Positions 9,453-18,260 of a stretch of 64,000 nt of DNA are shown here, in pieces. The stretch comes from Candidatus Sabulitectum sp. GTDB lineage: Bacteria > Fermentibacterota > Fermentibacteria > Fermentibacterales > JCC-6. The stretch covers positions 1,581 to 65,580 of the forward strand of contig JAOZUR010000007.1 of assembly GCA_029938555.1 (NCBI GenBank). The letters run 5' to 3'. The position numbers and the translations under genes are program-made. Under the pieces are notes generated by a model. It worked only from the letters and a program-made list of their open reading frames with translations. It did not search any database and was not told the origin of the DNA. Position 1 is the stretch's first letter, and the number at the start of each line of letters is the position of its first letter.

Positions 9453-11074
9453 AAAAAAACGCAAAATCTTTTGTGTTTGGAATAGAGGGTTTAACTGCGC
9501 TGGTTACCGGTGCCTCTGCACTGGCTTTTGTTGTAGCTTTTCTTGTTTTGTGGCTGGTGGTTTCTGATGCTCGTACCACCTTGGAAACTGCCTCTTATGC
9601 CAGAGCTCAAAGCATATCGTACGCTCTTGGTGTGAGGCCAACACAAAGTTCACTTGAATCTATTGTAAGCTCTTCTATTCCAGGCGGAGGGGTCAGGGCA
9701 GCGGTGATATTACTTGAAAATTCTGAGATACTTGCTTATCCTTCCATCAGCCTTGATGATCTAAAGAGTTCAAGAAAAATTACATACACATCACCTGATG
9801 GATACAAGGTATCTCTTATTACTGAAATGCCCTCGGTTCTTGGTGAAAGTACCCTGATTCTTTTTTTGTTTGCCTTGTTCGCAGTAATTCTTACTGTGGT
9901 GGCAATGCTGGTTCCGTCTTACCTTAGAAGGACGGTACTTGATCCTTTAAAAAGTATTTTGGGTGAAGCAGATAGATTTGAAAGCGGAAGTGGAAATACC
10001 GCAGCAGCAGCAAATGTTTCCTTCCAGAAATTGGTTCATCTTCTTGCCAGTCGAGATTCACAGTTGGATGAGATGCGTCTTCATGCTTTGAGCCGAGCAA
10101 AAGAAGCAGAATCAAGATCCGGTGTTGTACTAGAGGCCATGGCTTCTTCAGTGGTGGTTATAAATTCCGCAGGTATTCCTTCAATGTGGAATAAAAAAGC
10201 TGCTGATTTTTTTAAGTTGCAATCTGCTCATGGTGAAAATAGCATTATAGATCATCTGTCTCCTTATTTGCAAAAAGGGCTAACAGAATGGGATGGGGAA
10301 GAAAGTGGTAGAGTTTTCAGATTCAAAGTTACCCCAGGGCAGAATACCGAAAAGGTAATACTGGTAACAGATGTTACAACCTCTGTTTTATTGGAAAGAA
10401 GGCTTTCTGAAGAGAGTGCTCTTGCTGATCTAGGAGCATTATCAGGAGGGGTTGCCCATGAAATAGGTAATGCTTTGTGTGCTCTTGATGGTTTTTTTGA
10501 TCTTCTTGCAAGAGGAAGTGATTCAGATAGAACAAGAACTATTCTTGATGAAGCATCTTTAGAACTTGATTCAGCGCGAAAAATAGTAGAGGCTTTCAGA
10601 AACTTAGCACAGCAGAATTACATAGAGGTTACAATTCCGGTACCTACTGCAATATCGCTTATAGTAGAATACTGTCAGGGTCTTTTTGTGAAGTATTCAA
10701 TCCGTGAAAGTAGTAACCAATCTGGAGAAAAATTTATACCAGGAGGAGATATTCTAATTACAAGAATACTTGAAAATCTTCTTTCAAATGCTTTAAGGGT
10801 CTCTGAAAAATCCTTTGTTGAAGTTGTGATTAATAATAACTCTGAAGAGCAAATTCTTATATTCCAAGTGTTGGATAGGGGTATTGGTCTTCCTGAACCT
10901 CCGGAAATAGTATTCAGACCCATGTATACAACCGCTGAATCCCAGGGAGGAATGGGGTTGGGGCTTACCATAACACGAAGACTGGTTCGGGCAATGGGTG
11001 GTTCTATTAAGGCAGAGAACCGAGTAGAGGGTGGTGCAATGTTTACTGTTTCTATTCCTCATCTGGAGTTATGA
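9449..11074 (+). CDS. sensor histidine kinase (two TM segments, PAS-like region, HisKA, HATPase)
   Basis: H-box GGVAHEIGNALCAL, N-box LENLLSNALRV, G1 DRGIGL and G2 GGMGLGLTITRRLV. Two hydrophobic segments flank a ~110-aa predicted periplasmic region. Confidence 0.85.
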   Translation: MKKNAKSFVFGIEGLTALVTGASALAFVVAFLVLWLVVSDARTTLETASYARAQSISYALGVRPTQSSLESIVSSSIPGGGVRAAVILLENSEILAYPSISLDDLKSSRKITYTSPDGYKVSLITEMPSVLGESTLILFLFALFAVILTVVAMLVPSYLRRTVLDPLKSILGEADRFESGSGNTAAAANVSFQKLVHLLASRDSQLDEMRLHALSRAKEAESRSGVVLEAMASSVVVINSAGIPSMWNKKAADFFKLQSAHGENSIIDHLSPYLQKGLTEWDGEESGRVFRFKVTPGQNTEKVILVTDVTTSVLLERRLSEESALADLGALSGGVAHEIGNALCALDGFFDLLARGSDSDRTRTILDEASLELDSARKIVEAFRNLAQQNYIEVTIPVPTAISLIVEYCQGLFVKYSIRESSNQSGEKFIPGGDILITRILENLLSNALRVSEKSFVEVVINNNSEEQILIFQVLDRGIGLPEPPEIVFRPMYTTAESQGGMGLGLTITRRLVRAMGGSIKAENRVEGGAMFTVSIPHLEL

Positions 11075-12342
11075 TGAAAAAAAAGATATTGCTTGTTGAA
11101 GATAAAAGAGGAATGCGGGTAATGCTTCAAACTGCTCTTTCAGAGGATGGTTGGAATGTTACAGCGGTTTCCGACGGAGCTTCAGCTCTTGAACAAATAC
11201 AACAAAATTCATTTAGTGCTGTTCTTACAGATGTTTGTCTTCCAGGTAGATTTAACGGAATTGATGTACTTGAAAGCGTACCATCAACCACAGCTGTTAT
11301 AGTTATGACAGCATTTGGTACTATCGACATTGCAGTTGATGCAATGAAAAAAGGTGCAGCTGATTTCATAAGTAAACCATTTAAACTTGATGATTTGTTA
11401 GAAAAGCTTTCTTCCATGACTTTCAATAATTCAGATTTTATGCTAGGGGAATCATCAGTTTATCTTGATGCTTTATCTAGGGCCAAAAGAGCAGCTCCCA
11501 GCGGAATGAATATTCTTATTTTAGGAGAAAGTGGTACGGGAAAAGAGCTGTTAGCAAGAACAATACACCAGTGTAGCGGTAGGGAACAAGGTCCATTTGT
11601 GCCGGTGAATTGTGCTGCAATTCCTGATAATCTTATGGAAAGCGAACTTTTTGGAGCAGAAAAGGGAGCATATACAGGTTCCACAGAGGCTCGTCCTGGT
11701 CGATTTACAGTGGCTAGAGGGGGAACTATTTTTCTAGATGAAATTGCAGACCTAGACATCTCCCTTCAGGGTAAATTGCTTCGGGTTATTGAATCAGGTA
11801 CATATCATTCTGTGGGAGGTACAGAAGAAATACAATCTGATGCTTTGGTTGTTTCAGCCAGCAACAGAGATCTTCGTTCCATGGTTAAGAAGAAGCTTTT
11901 TCGAGAGGATCTTTTTTATAGAATTAGTGAATTTCCTGTTGAGCTTCCACCTCTTCGCGAGAGAGGTAGTGATATTCAATTACTTGCACAGTATTATCTT
12001 GAATTATATGGTGGTGGTTCTTTTTCTGCATCTGCGTTACAGGCTCTTAATAGTTATAACTGGGCAGGAAACATAAGAGAGTTAAAAACTCTTATCAGGC
12101 GTGCGTGTGTGAATTCTTCTGATGAAGTTATCACTTGTGACATGATTGAATTTAGTCAACACAAACCACAAGGTTCTATGGTGGAGCAAGCTGCAAACGC
12201 AGCAAGAATAAAAGAAAAGGCACTGATTATTTCTGCTCTTTCAGAGACTGGTGGTAATCGTAAAAAAGCTGCAGAGATCCTTGGGGTTAGTTACAGAACT
12301 CTTCTCACAAAAATAAAAGAAATGAAGATAGTGGTGGAATGA
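11071..12342 (+). CDS. sigma-54-dependent response regulator (NtrC family: REC, AAA+, Fis-type HTH)
   Basis: REC (LLVEDKRGMR...TDVCLPG), Walker A GESGTGKELLAR, sigma-54 contact loop EKGAYTGS (a GAFTGA variant), Walker B FLDEI, and C-terminal HTH GNRKKAAEILGVSYRTLLTKIKE. Confidence 0.9.
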   Translation: MMKKKILLVEDKRGMRVMLQTALSEDGWNVTAVSDGASALEQIQQNSFSAVLTDVCLPGRFNGIDVLESVPSTTAVIVMTAFGTIDIAVDAMKKGAADFISKPFKLDDLLEKLSSMTFNNSDFMLGESSVYLDALSRAKRAAPSGMNILILGESGTGKELLARTIHQCSGREQGPFVPVNCAAIPDNLMESELFGAEKGAYTGSTEARPGRFTVARGGTIFLDEIADLDISLQGKLLRVIESGTYHSVGGTEEIQSDALVVSASNRDLRSMVKKKLFREDLFYRISEFPVELPPLRERGSDIQLLAQYYLELYGGGSFSASALQALNSYNWAGNIRELKTLIRRACVNSSDEVITCDMIEFSQHKPQGSMVEQAANAARIKEKALIISALSETGGNRKKAAEILGVSYRTLLTKIKEMKIVVE

Positions 12343-13025
12343 GTATAAAAAAAGCAATAGTTCTTCTTAGTGGAGGGTTGGATTCTACAACGATACTTGC
12401 AATTGCAGATCAACAGCAGATGCAAATTACTGCTCTTTCCTTCAGGTACGGACAAAAGCATAACCAGGAGCTTATAAGAGCCGAGGAAATAGCAAAAAAC
12501 TATAATGTAAAAGAACACATCATAATCGATTTAGACCCAGAGCCTTTTAGAGGCTCTTCACTTACAGAAGATATATCAATTCCTCAAGGGCGTAACAACA
12601 TATCAAAGCAGATACCAAATACTTATGTTCCCGCTCGAAATACAGTATTTCTTTCAATTGCACTTGGAATTGCCGAATCAAGAAAGGCAAATCACATTTT
12701 TATAGGAGTTAATTCCGTTGATTACAGCGGATACCCTGATTGTCGTCCAGAATTCATAAATGCATTTCAGAATCTTGCTAATCTGGCAACCAAAGAAGCG
12801 GTGGAAGGTTATCCACCAAGGATTGAAGCGCCTCTTTTGTATTTAACCAAAGCGGAAATCATAAAAAAAGGAATGGATCTAGGGGTAGATTATGGACAAA
12901 CACTAAGCTGCTATCAACCTGATTCCACAGGGCTTAGTTGTGGTGTTTGTGATGCTTGCTCTCTTCGACTAGAAGGTTTCCGGGCAAATGGGTTAACAGA
13001 CCCTGTATCTTATCGTTCAAAATGA
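12339..13025 (+). CDS. queC: 7-cyano-7-deazaguanine (preQ0) synthase
   Basis: PP-loop VLLSGGLDSTT, and a C-terminal Zn cluster CYQPD...SCGVCDACSLR. Confidence 0.9.
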   Translation: MSIKKAIVLLSGGLDSTTILAIADQQQMQITALSFRYGQKHNQELIRAEEIAKNYNVKEHIIIDLDPEPFRGSSLTEDISIPQGRNNISKQIPNTYVPARNTVFLSIALGIAESRKANHIFIGVNSVDYSGYPDCRPEFINAFQNLANLATKEAVEGYPPRIEAPLLYLTKAEIIKKGMDLGVDYGQTLSCYQPDSTGLSCGVCDACSLRLEGFRANGLTDPVSYRSK

Positions 13026-13624
13026 ATAATAAATACAGAGTAAAGGAAATGCAGCTTACTCTTCAAGGTGAGGGAGCCATGGCTGGAACCGCTGTTGTTC
13101 TTCTTCGATTTGAAGGATGTAATCTTAATTGTAGTTTTTGCGATACGGAATTTGCAGGTGTAGATGGACATGGGGGAGGAGTTTTTAATTCTCCTGCTGA
13201 ATTGGCAAAGGCAGTTCAAAGCATTTGGAAATCTAACCTTTCAGTTAATGTATTATGTACCGGTGGTGAACCTTTGCTCCAACTGGATAAAGCTTTGATT
13301 CATGAATTTCATTCAAGAGGTTTCAGGATTCTTTTGGAAACAAACGGTACGCAAATTGCAGGAACGGGTATTGACTGGATTTGCGTCAGCCCTAAAAGTG
13401 CAACTATTCCCGTTCAGAACCACGGAGATGAAATTAAGATAGTTTGGCCGCAAGATAATATTAATCCGAAAAATTTTGAAGAATTAAAATTTGATTTTTT
13501 CTGGATTCAACCAAAATTCGATAAAAATTACGAAAAAAACCTTTTACTTTCGATAAAGTACTGCCTGGCTAATCCCAAATGGAGATTGAGTATTCAAACC
13601 CACCGATTTATTGGAATACCATAG
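13022..13624 (+). CDS. queE: 7-carboxy-7-deazaguanine synthase (radical SAM)
   Basis: LTLQGEGAMAGTAVVLLRFEGCNLNCSFCDTEF is the QueE-type CX14CX2C-like cluster region. The ATG at 13022 overlaps the queC stop (ATGA); the ORF-track start at 12956 lies inside queC. Confidence 0.85.
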   Translation: MNNKYRVKEMQLTLQGEGAMAGTAVVLLRFEGCNLNCSFCDTEFAGVDGHGGGVFNSPAELAKAVQSIWKSNLSVNVLCTGGEPLLQLDKALIHEFHSRGFRILLETNGTQIAGTGIDWICVSPKSATIPVQNHGDEIKIVWPQDNINPKNFEELKFDFFWIQPKFDKNYEKNLLLSIKYCLANPKWRLSIQTHRFIGIP

Positions 13625-13633
13625 GAGACAATA

Positions 13634-13987
13634 ATGGAAATTTACAGAGAATTTAAGTTTGATGCAGCTCACAAGTTACCAAATCTGCCGGAAGGGCACA
13701 GATGCGGTAATCTTCATGGACATACATTTGTAGTTTACATACATATTCAAGGTAATGTGGGAGAGAAAACTGGTTGGGTAATGGATTACGGAGAAATTAA
13801 AAGTATCTGTGCTCCTGTTATTGATAAACTGGATCATCAGTATTTAAATGATGTTTCAGGGTTAGAGAATCCTACAAGTGAAGTTATAGCTCAATGGTTA
13901 TGGAACAGAATCAAACCTGTTCTTCCTGAGCTGTCTATGATTGAAATCAAGGAAACAGCTTCCACAGGGTGCAGGTTTTTAGGATGA
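13634..13987 (+). CDS. queD: 6-carboxy-5,6,7,8-tetrahydropterin synthase
   Basis: FKFDAAHKLPNLPEGHRCGNLHGHTF is the PTPS/QueD Zn-His motif. A GGAG lies 6 nt upstream of the ATG. Confidence 0.9.
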   Translation: MEIYREFKFDAAHKLPNLPEGHRCGNLHGHTFVVYIHIQGNVGEKTGWVMDYGEIKSICAPVIDKLDHQYLNDVSGLENPTSEVIAQWLWNRIKPVLPELSMIEIKETASTGCRFLG

Positions 13988-14778
13988 AAGACATACAAAG
14001 CAATCCTGATTTCAGGAATATTCCATTAAGAGAAGCTGGTATCAAAGACTTGAAGTATCCAATCACAATTCTTGATCGTGAGAATAGAGAACAAACCACA
14101 GTGGCTGATTTGTCCATGTCTGTGAATCTTCCTCATCATTTCAAAGGTACTCATATGAGTCGTTTTCTTGAAGTTCTCACAGATAGTGATTGCAGATTTA
14201 CAGGCAATACAATACCGTTGGTTCTTAAAAAACTTAAGGAATCTCTTGAGGCAGAGTCAGCAAGAATTCGAATAGAGTTTCCTTACTTTCTTACCAGAAA
14301 AGCACCTGTCACCGGAGCAGAAGCTAAAATGAGCTACCTTTGTGTTTTTACCGGAGAGTCAACTAATGTGAAAGATGACTTTATTCTTTCAGTAACCGTG
14401 CCTGTTAGTACCCTCTGTCCATGCAGCAAGGAAATCAGTGCAAGAGGGGCACATAATCAGCGTGGATATATAAAGATGGATGTACGCACGAAATTAAAAG
14501 CAGATGGCTCGTTTGAAATGTTATGGATTGAGGAACTGGTGGATATAGCCGAGATTTCAGCTTCCTCACCGGTTTATACCATCCTTAAACGGCCAGATGA
14601 GAAATTTGTAACAGAGCAATCTTATGATAACCCAGTTTTTGTTGAAGACATTGTAAGAAATGTAGCAGAAATTCTTCAGAATGATTTAAGAGTAACTCAG
14701 TTCACCGTAACAGCCGAAAATCACGAGAGCATTCATAATCATAATGCGTACGCTGTGGTTACTTGGCAGAGGCAGTAA
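13984..14778 (+). CDS. folE2: GTP cyclohydrolase I type 2 (GCYH-IB)
   Basis: KGTHMSRF...STLCPCSKEIS..GAHNQRG is characteristic of FolE2/MptA. The ATG at 13984 gives an ATGA overlap with the queD stop. Confidence 0.85.
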   Translation: MKDIQSNPDFRNIPLREAGIKDLKYPITILDRENREQTTVADLSMSVNLPHHFKGTHMSRFLEVLTDSDCRFTGNTIPLVLKKLKESLEAESARIRIEFPYFLTRKAPVTGAEAKMSYLCVFTGESTNVKDDFILSVTVPVSTLCPCSKEISARGAHNQRGYIKMDVRTKLKADGSFEMLWIEELVDIAEISASSPVYTILKRPDEKFVTEQSYDNPVFVEDIVRNVAEILQNDLRVTQFTVTAENHESIHNHNAYAVVTWQRQ

Positions 14779-14823
14779 ATATGGTTTGTTTCATCTGTAG
14801 TTTTTTACGAAAGGAGTATTATA

Positions 14824-15348
14824 TTGAATAGTATTTATATTCAGTACTACAAAAGTAAAATTGGTGAATTGATTCTTGGATCTTTTGACGACAAACTCTG
14901 TCTTCTTGATTTCAGGTATCGAAGAATGAGAGATACAGTTGATCGTAGGTTAAAAATAGGGTTGAATGCTGTTTTTGAGCAAAAAGACAATACTCTTCTT
15001 TGCACCACTAAACAACAACTTGATGAGTACTTATGCGGAGTTAGAAAGGAATTTGATATTCCTTTAAAAACAGTAGGATCTGATTTTCAGAAAAGTGTGT
15101 GGCAGGCTCTTTTGAAGGTTCCTTATGGTACCACCTCCACTTACTTGAAGTTAGCTGACGCCATTGGGAACAAAAATGCTGTTCGAGCAGTTGCTAATGC
15201 AAATGGAGCAAATTCTATAGGAATAATTATTCCATGTCACAGAATCATTGGAAGCAATGGAGATTTGGTTGGATATGGTGGGGGATTGCCAATCAAAAAA
15301 CGGCTTTTGAAATTAGAGAAACCAACCAACCAACAAGAACTTTTCTAA
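14824..15348 (+). CDS. ogt: methylated-DNA--protein-cysteine methyltransferase
   Basis: Active site IIIPCHRIIGSNG (PCHR) and the VPYGTTSTY helix-turn-helix region. TTG start. Confidence 0.85.
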   Translation: MNSIYIQYYKSKIGELILGSFDDKLCLLDFRYRRMRDTVDRRLKIGLNAVFEQKDNTLLCTTKQQLDEYLCGVRKEFDIPLKTVGSDFQKSVWQALLKVPYGTTSTYLKLADAIGNKNAVRAVANANGANSIGIIIPCHRIIGSNGDLVGYGGGLPIKKRLLKLEKPTNQQELF

Positions 15349-15743
15349 GACTTGTTGTATTCAGCCTCAACTTTAATGGAAATACCACCTCTAACACCGA
15401 AATCAGCTAAAACTCTGCACCATCTAGGTTGAATTGCTTCAAGAATATCATTTAGTATCATGTTTGTTACATGTTCGTGAAAAACGCCTTTATTTCTGTA
15501 TGAAAGATAGTATAGTTTTAAAGATTTTGATTCTACAATTTTTAAATCAGGTACATAACTGATTGTAATTTCTGCGAAATCAGGCTGACCGGTTTTAGGG
15601 CAAACGCAGGTGAATTCATCTGTAGATAGAGTTACAATGTAATCTCTTTCCGGGTTAAGATTCGGGAAAGCTTCTAATCCTTTAAATTCGTTATTGGAGC
15701 TACCCAAAAGAGATAAGCTTTCCATATTGGTTTGATTTGTCAT
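15345..15743 (-). CDS. queF: NADPH-dependent 7-cyano-7-deazaguanine reductase (unimodular type)
   Basis: EFTCVCPKTGQPDFAEITISYVP and the downstream HEH-type motif (FHEHV). The start overlaps the stop of the upstream kinase gene. Confidence 0.9.
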   Translation of the reverse strand: MTNQTNMESLSLLGSSNNEFKGLEAFPNLNPERDYIVTLSTDEFTCVCPKTGQPDFAEITISYVPDLKIVESKSLKLYYLSYRNKGVFHEHVTNMILNDILEAIQPRWCRVLADFGVRGGISIKVEAEYNKS

Positions 15744-18247
15744 TTTTCTCCTGACTTGGTATTTGTCATTTTTCTTATTAAACTAACAAGGTCATTCATA
15801 AGGTATGGTTTATTTAAAATTTTATGTGATTCTTTCATGTCTGTTAATCTATCTCCTGCATAACCAGTGGTGAATACGATTGGTAGATTTGCACCTAATG
15901 ATAGTATTTTTCTGTATGCATCCGGGCCGCTTAACTCAGGCATCATAACATCAAAAACAAGCATTTCTATATCATCTTTTCTTGTTTTGAAAATTTCAAC
16001 CGCTTCAAGTCCGTTGGATGCAGGCAGAACCCGTATTCCTGATGCCCCCAGCCCTTCGATTGCAAGGTTCATGACCTGCGGGTCATCTTCTGCAAGAAGA
16101 ACACAAATTGGTCTTACTTCAGTGTGAATCTGAGTATTTTTCTTTTTAAGCTCATCTAAAACGGGTATTGAAGCAATCTTTAATTTCTGGAAATAGACTT
16201 TTATTTCAAGTCCTTTTCCCTTGCGATTTCTGACATTGATGTAACCTGAATGTTCTCTTACAATTCCTAAAACAGTTGCAAGGCCGAGGCCTGTACCTTT
16301 ATCAATATTTTTTGTGGTGAAGAATGGTTCAAAAATATTGTTGATTTTAGATTCTGGAATTCCTGTTCCTGTGTCTGTCACAGTGATTACAACAAAATTG
16401 CCTGACTTAACAAAACCACTGGTAACTTTAAGAGGTTTTTGTAAAATTTGCTCGCTCAGAGATATTTCTATTTTACCGCCGTCTGCCATGGCATCTCTTG
16501 CATTAACACATAAGTTCATCAGAACTTGTTCAATCTGACCCGAGTCTCCAAATGTATAGCTTGCATCTGTGTGAATAGTATTATTCACAATTATGTTGTC
16601 TTCCATGATTCTGGAAAGCATTTTGCAGAATCCTGTTACTAGTTCGTTTAAATTTACGCTTTGAAGTTGTGGTTTCTTTTCCCGGCTGAAAAGAAGAAGT
16701 TGCTTAACAAGATCTCTTCCCTTGCCCGCCGCCTCTACTATGGGTTTAGAAACATCAACGATTACCGGATCGTTATCAGAGACTCTATTAAGAATATCAC
16801 AGTAGCCTAAAATTACATGTAGGAGATTATTGAAGTCATGGGCAACTCCACCTGCAAGACGCCCCAAGGCTTCCATTTTTTGTGATTGAATATTTTCGAT
16901 TTCATCCTGCATTGAAGAAAGCTCTTTCTCTTTGATTGCAGTAGTATCAAAAATAATTCCAGATATCTCTGGTGGGTTACCTTTGACGATTGCACCAATG
17001 TTAAACCACCTGGTTACAAAATCATCTCCTTTATAGGAAATTTCACCAAAGACACTTTTTATCTCACCAGCACACAACGAGTCCATATTTTTTTGCATTT
17101 GGTCAGAAAGGGACAATTCCAGAAGCCAGTGAGAAAATTTAGGAGGGTTAGTAGGGGGACTATAAGCTAGAAAGTCGAAAAAATCTTTACTTGACGCAAG
17201 AGTGTCATCTGCTATGGAAGCACTCCAGCTGATAGCTCCTGATGCTTCAAGAGTTAACTGTAGTTGATCAAGTTTATTCTGTAGATCTTTTTCAGTTTTT
17301 ATCAAATTAGAAATATCAACAGAAACAACAAGCAAGCAGTTTTTGCCTTTGTAAAGTAGTTTTCTTGCATGTATCAGAAAATGCAGAGAATTTCTGTTGT
17401 TTAGACTAATTTCCATGGGAAATGAGCTACTGGGAGATGTGGTGAACTGAAGATTCAGGAATTTTTCTAATCGCTTTTGTGTACTTTCATCAACAATATC
17501 AAACAGATCAGTATTGTTTTCATCAAATCGGGTAAACCCGTATTTCGAAAGAAGAGATTGGTTTATGTACATAATCTTTGTTTTGTGTAGTATTAAAATT
17601 CCTATATTTTCATCAATTGATATTTCTTCATAGAGGCTGTTGATCTCATTTAGTTTTTCTAATCTTGATTCATGAGCATGATCCCTGGCTCTTATGTAAA
17701 AAATAGTGAGAATTGATATAACTGAAGCAAAGCAGAGAGGAAGTGATACAGAGTCGAACACTTCTTTAGCTAAAGATGCCGGCAGGAAATTTATCCATAT
17801 CAAGTAGATTAATGCAGAGCCAAATCCTGCTAGAAGCTGAAACAATAAATTTTGTATTTTAAAATGAGATTTTTCAGCTTTTCGAAGCAGTAACCCAAAA
17901 AGCAGTGAAGAAAAAATGATACCCATGCCTGGCATCATTCCATCTCCACCTATTAATAATCGGTAAACAAGAAGAGGAGTAATAGTTATAAAACCTGCTA
18001 TTACTCCACCAGTAAGTGCGGCTATTACAATCACAGGAGCACGCATATCAATTAAAATACCTGGAAGAATTTCAAAACTGAAAACAATTGAGAGAACTCC
18101 ACATAACCCAAAGACAATACCATAGAGAATAGAATTTATCAATGGTTTTTTGCTAGATTCCCATCTTATCATCTTCGTAAGAAGAAGATAAGATACTACT
18201 AACAGCGTTGAGTTCTCTAAAAGAGCTTTGAATATGTCAATTCTCAA
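15740..18247 (-). CDS. hybrid sensor histidine kinase/response regulator with N-terminal 5TMR-LYT-like membrane domain and PAS regions
   Basis: About 6 N-terminal TM helices, H-box GGVAHDFNNLLHVILGY, HATPase (DTGTGI...GTGLGLATV), and a C-terminal REC (VLLAEDDPQV...FDVMMPELSG...K). Confidence 0.85.
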   Translation of the reverse strand: MRIDIFKALLENSTLLVVSYLLLTKMIRWESSKKPLINSILYGIVFGLCGVLSIVFSFEILPGILIDMRAPVIVIAALTGGVIAGFITITPLLVYRLLIGGDGMMPGMGIIFSSLLFGLLLRKAEKSHFKIQNLLFQLLAGFGSALIYLIWINFLPASLAKEVFDSVSLPLCFASVISILTIFYIRARDHAHESRLEKLNEINSLYEEISIDENIGILILHKTKIMYINQSLLSKYGFTRFDENNTDLFDIVDESTQKRLEKFLNLQFTTSPSSSFPMEISLNNRNSLHFLIHARKLLYKGKNCLLVVSVDISNLIKTEKDLQNKLDQLQLTLEASGAISWSASIADDTLASSKDFFDFLAYSPPTNPPKFSHWLLELSLSDQMQKNMDSLCAGEIKSVFGEISYKGDDFVTRWFNIGAIVKGNPPEISGIIFDTTAIKEKELSSMQDEIENIQSQKMEALGRLAGGVAHDFNNLLHVILGYCDILNRVSDNDPVIVDVSKPIVEAAGKGRDLVKQLLLFSREKKPQLQSVNLNELVTGFCKMLSRIMEDNIIVNNTIHTDASYTFGDSGQIEQVLMNLCVNARDAMADGGKIEISLSEQILQKPLKVTSGFVKSGNFVVITVTDTGTGIPESKINNIFEPFFTTKNIDKGTGLGLATVLGIVREHSGYINVRNRKGKGLEIKVYFQKLKIASIPVLDELKKKNTQIHTEVRPICVLLAEDDPQVMNLAIEGLGASGIRVLPASNGLEAVEIFKTRKDDIEMLVFDVMMPELSGPDAYRKILSLGANLPIVFTTGYAGDRLTDMKESHKILNKPYLMNDLVSLIRKMTNTKSGEK

Positions 18248-18260
18248 AATGTTACCTTCT

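Noticed and set aside
12300-12345. Possible preQ1 riboswitch upstream of queC, and likewise upstream of queF at about 15743-15760.
   Set aside because: Both que start codons overlap the stop codon of the preceding gene, so there is no untranslated leader in which a riboswitch could sit.
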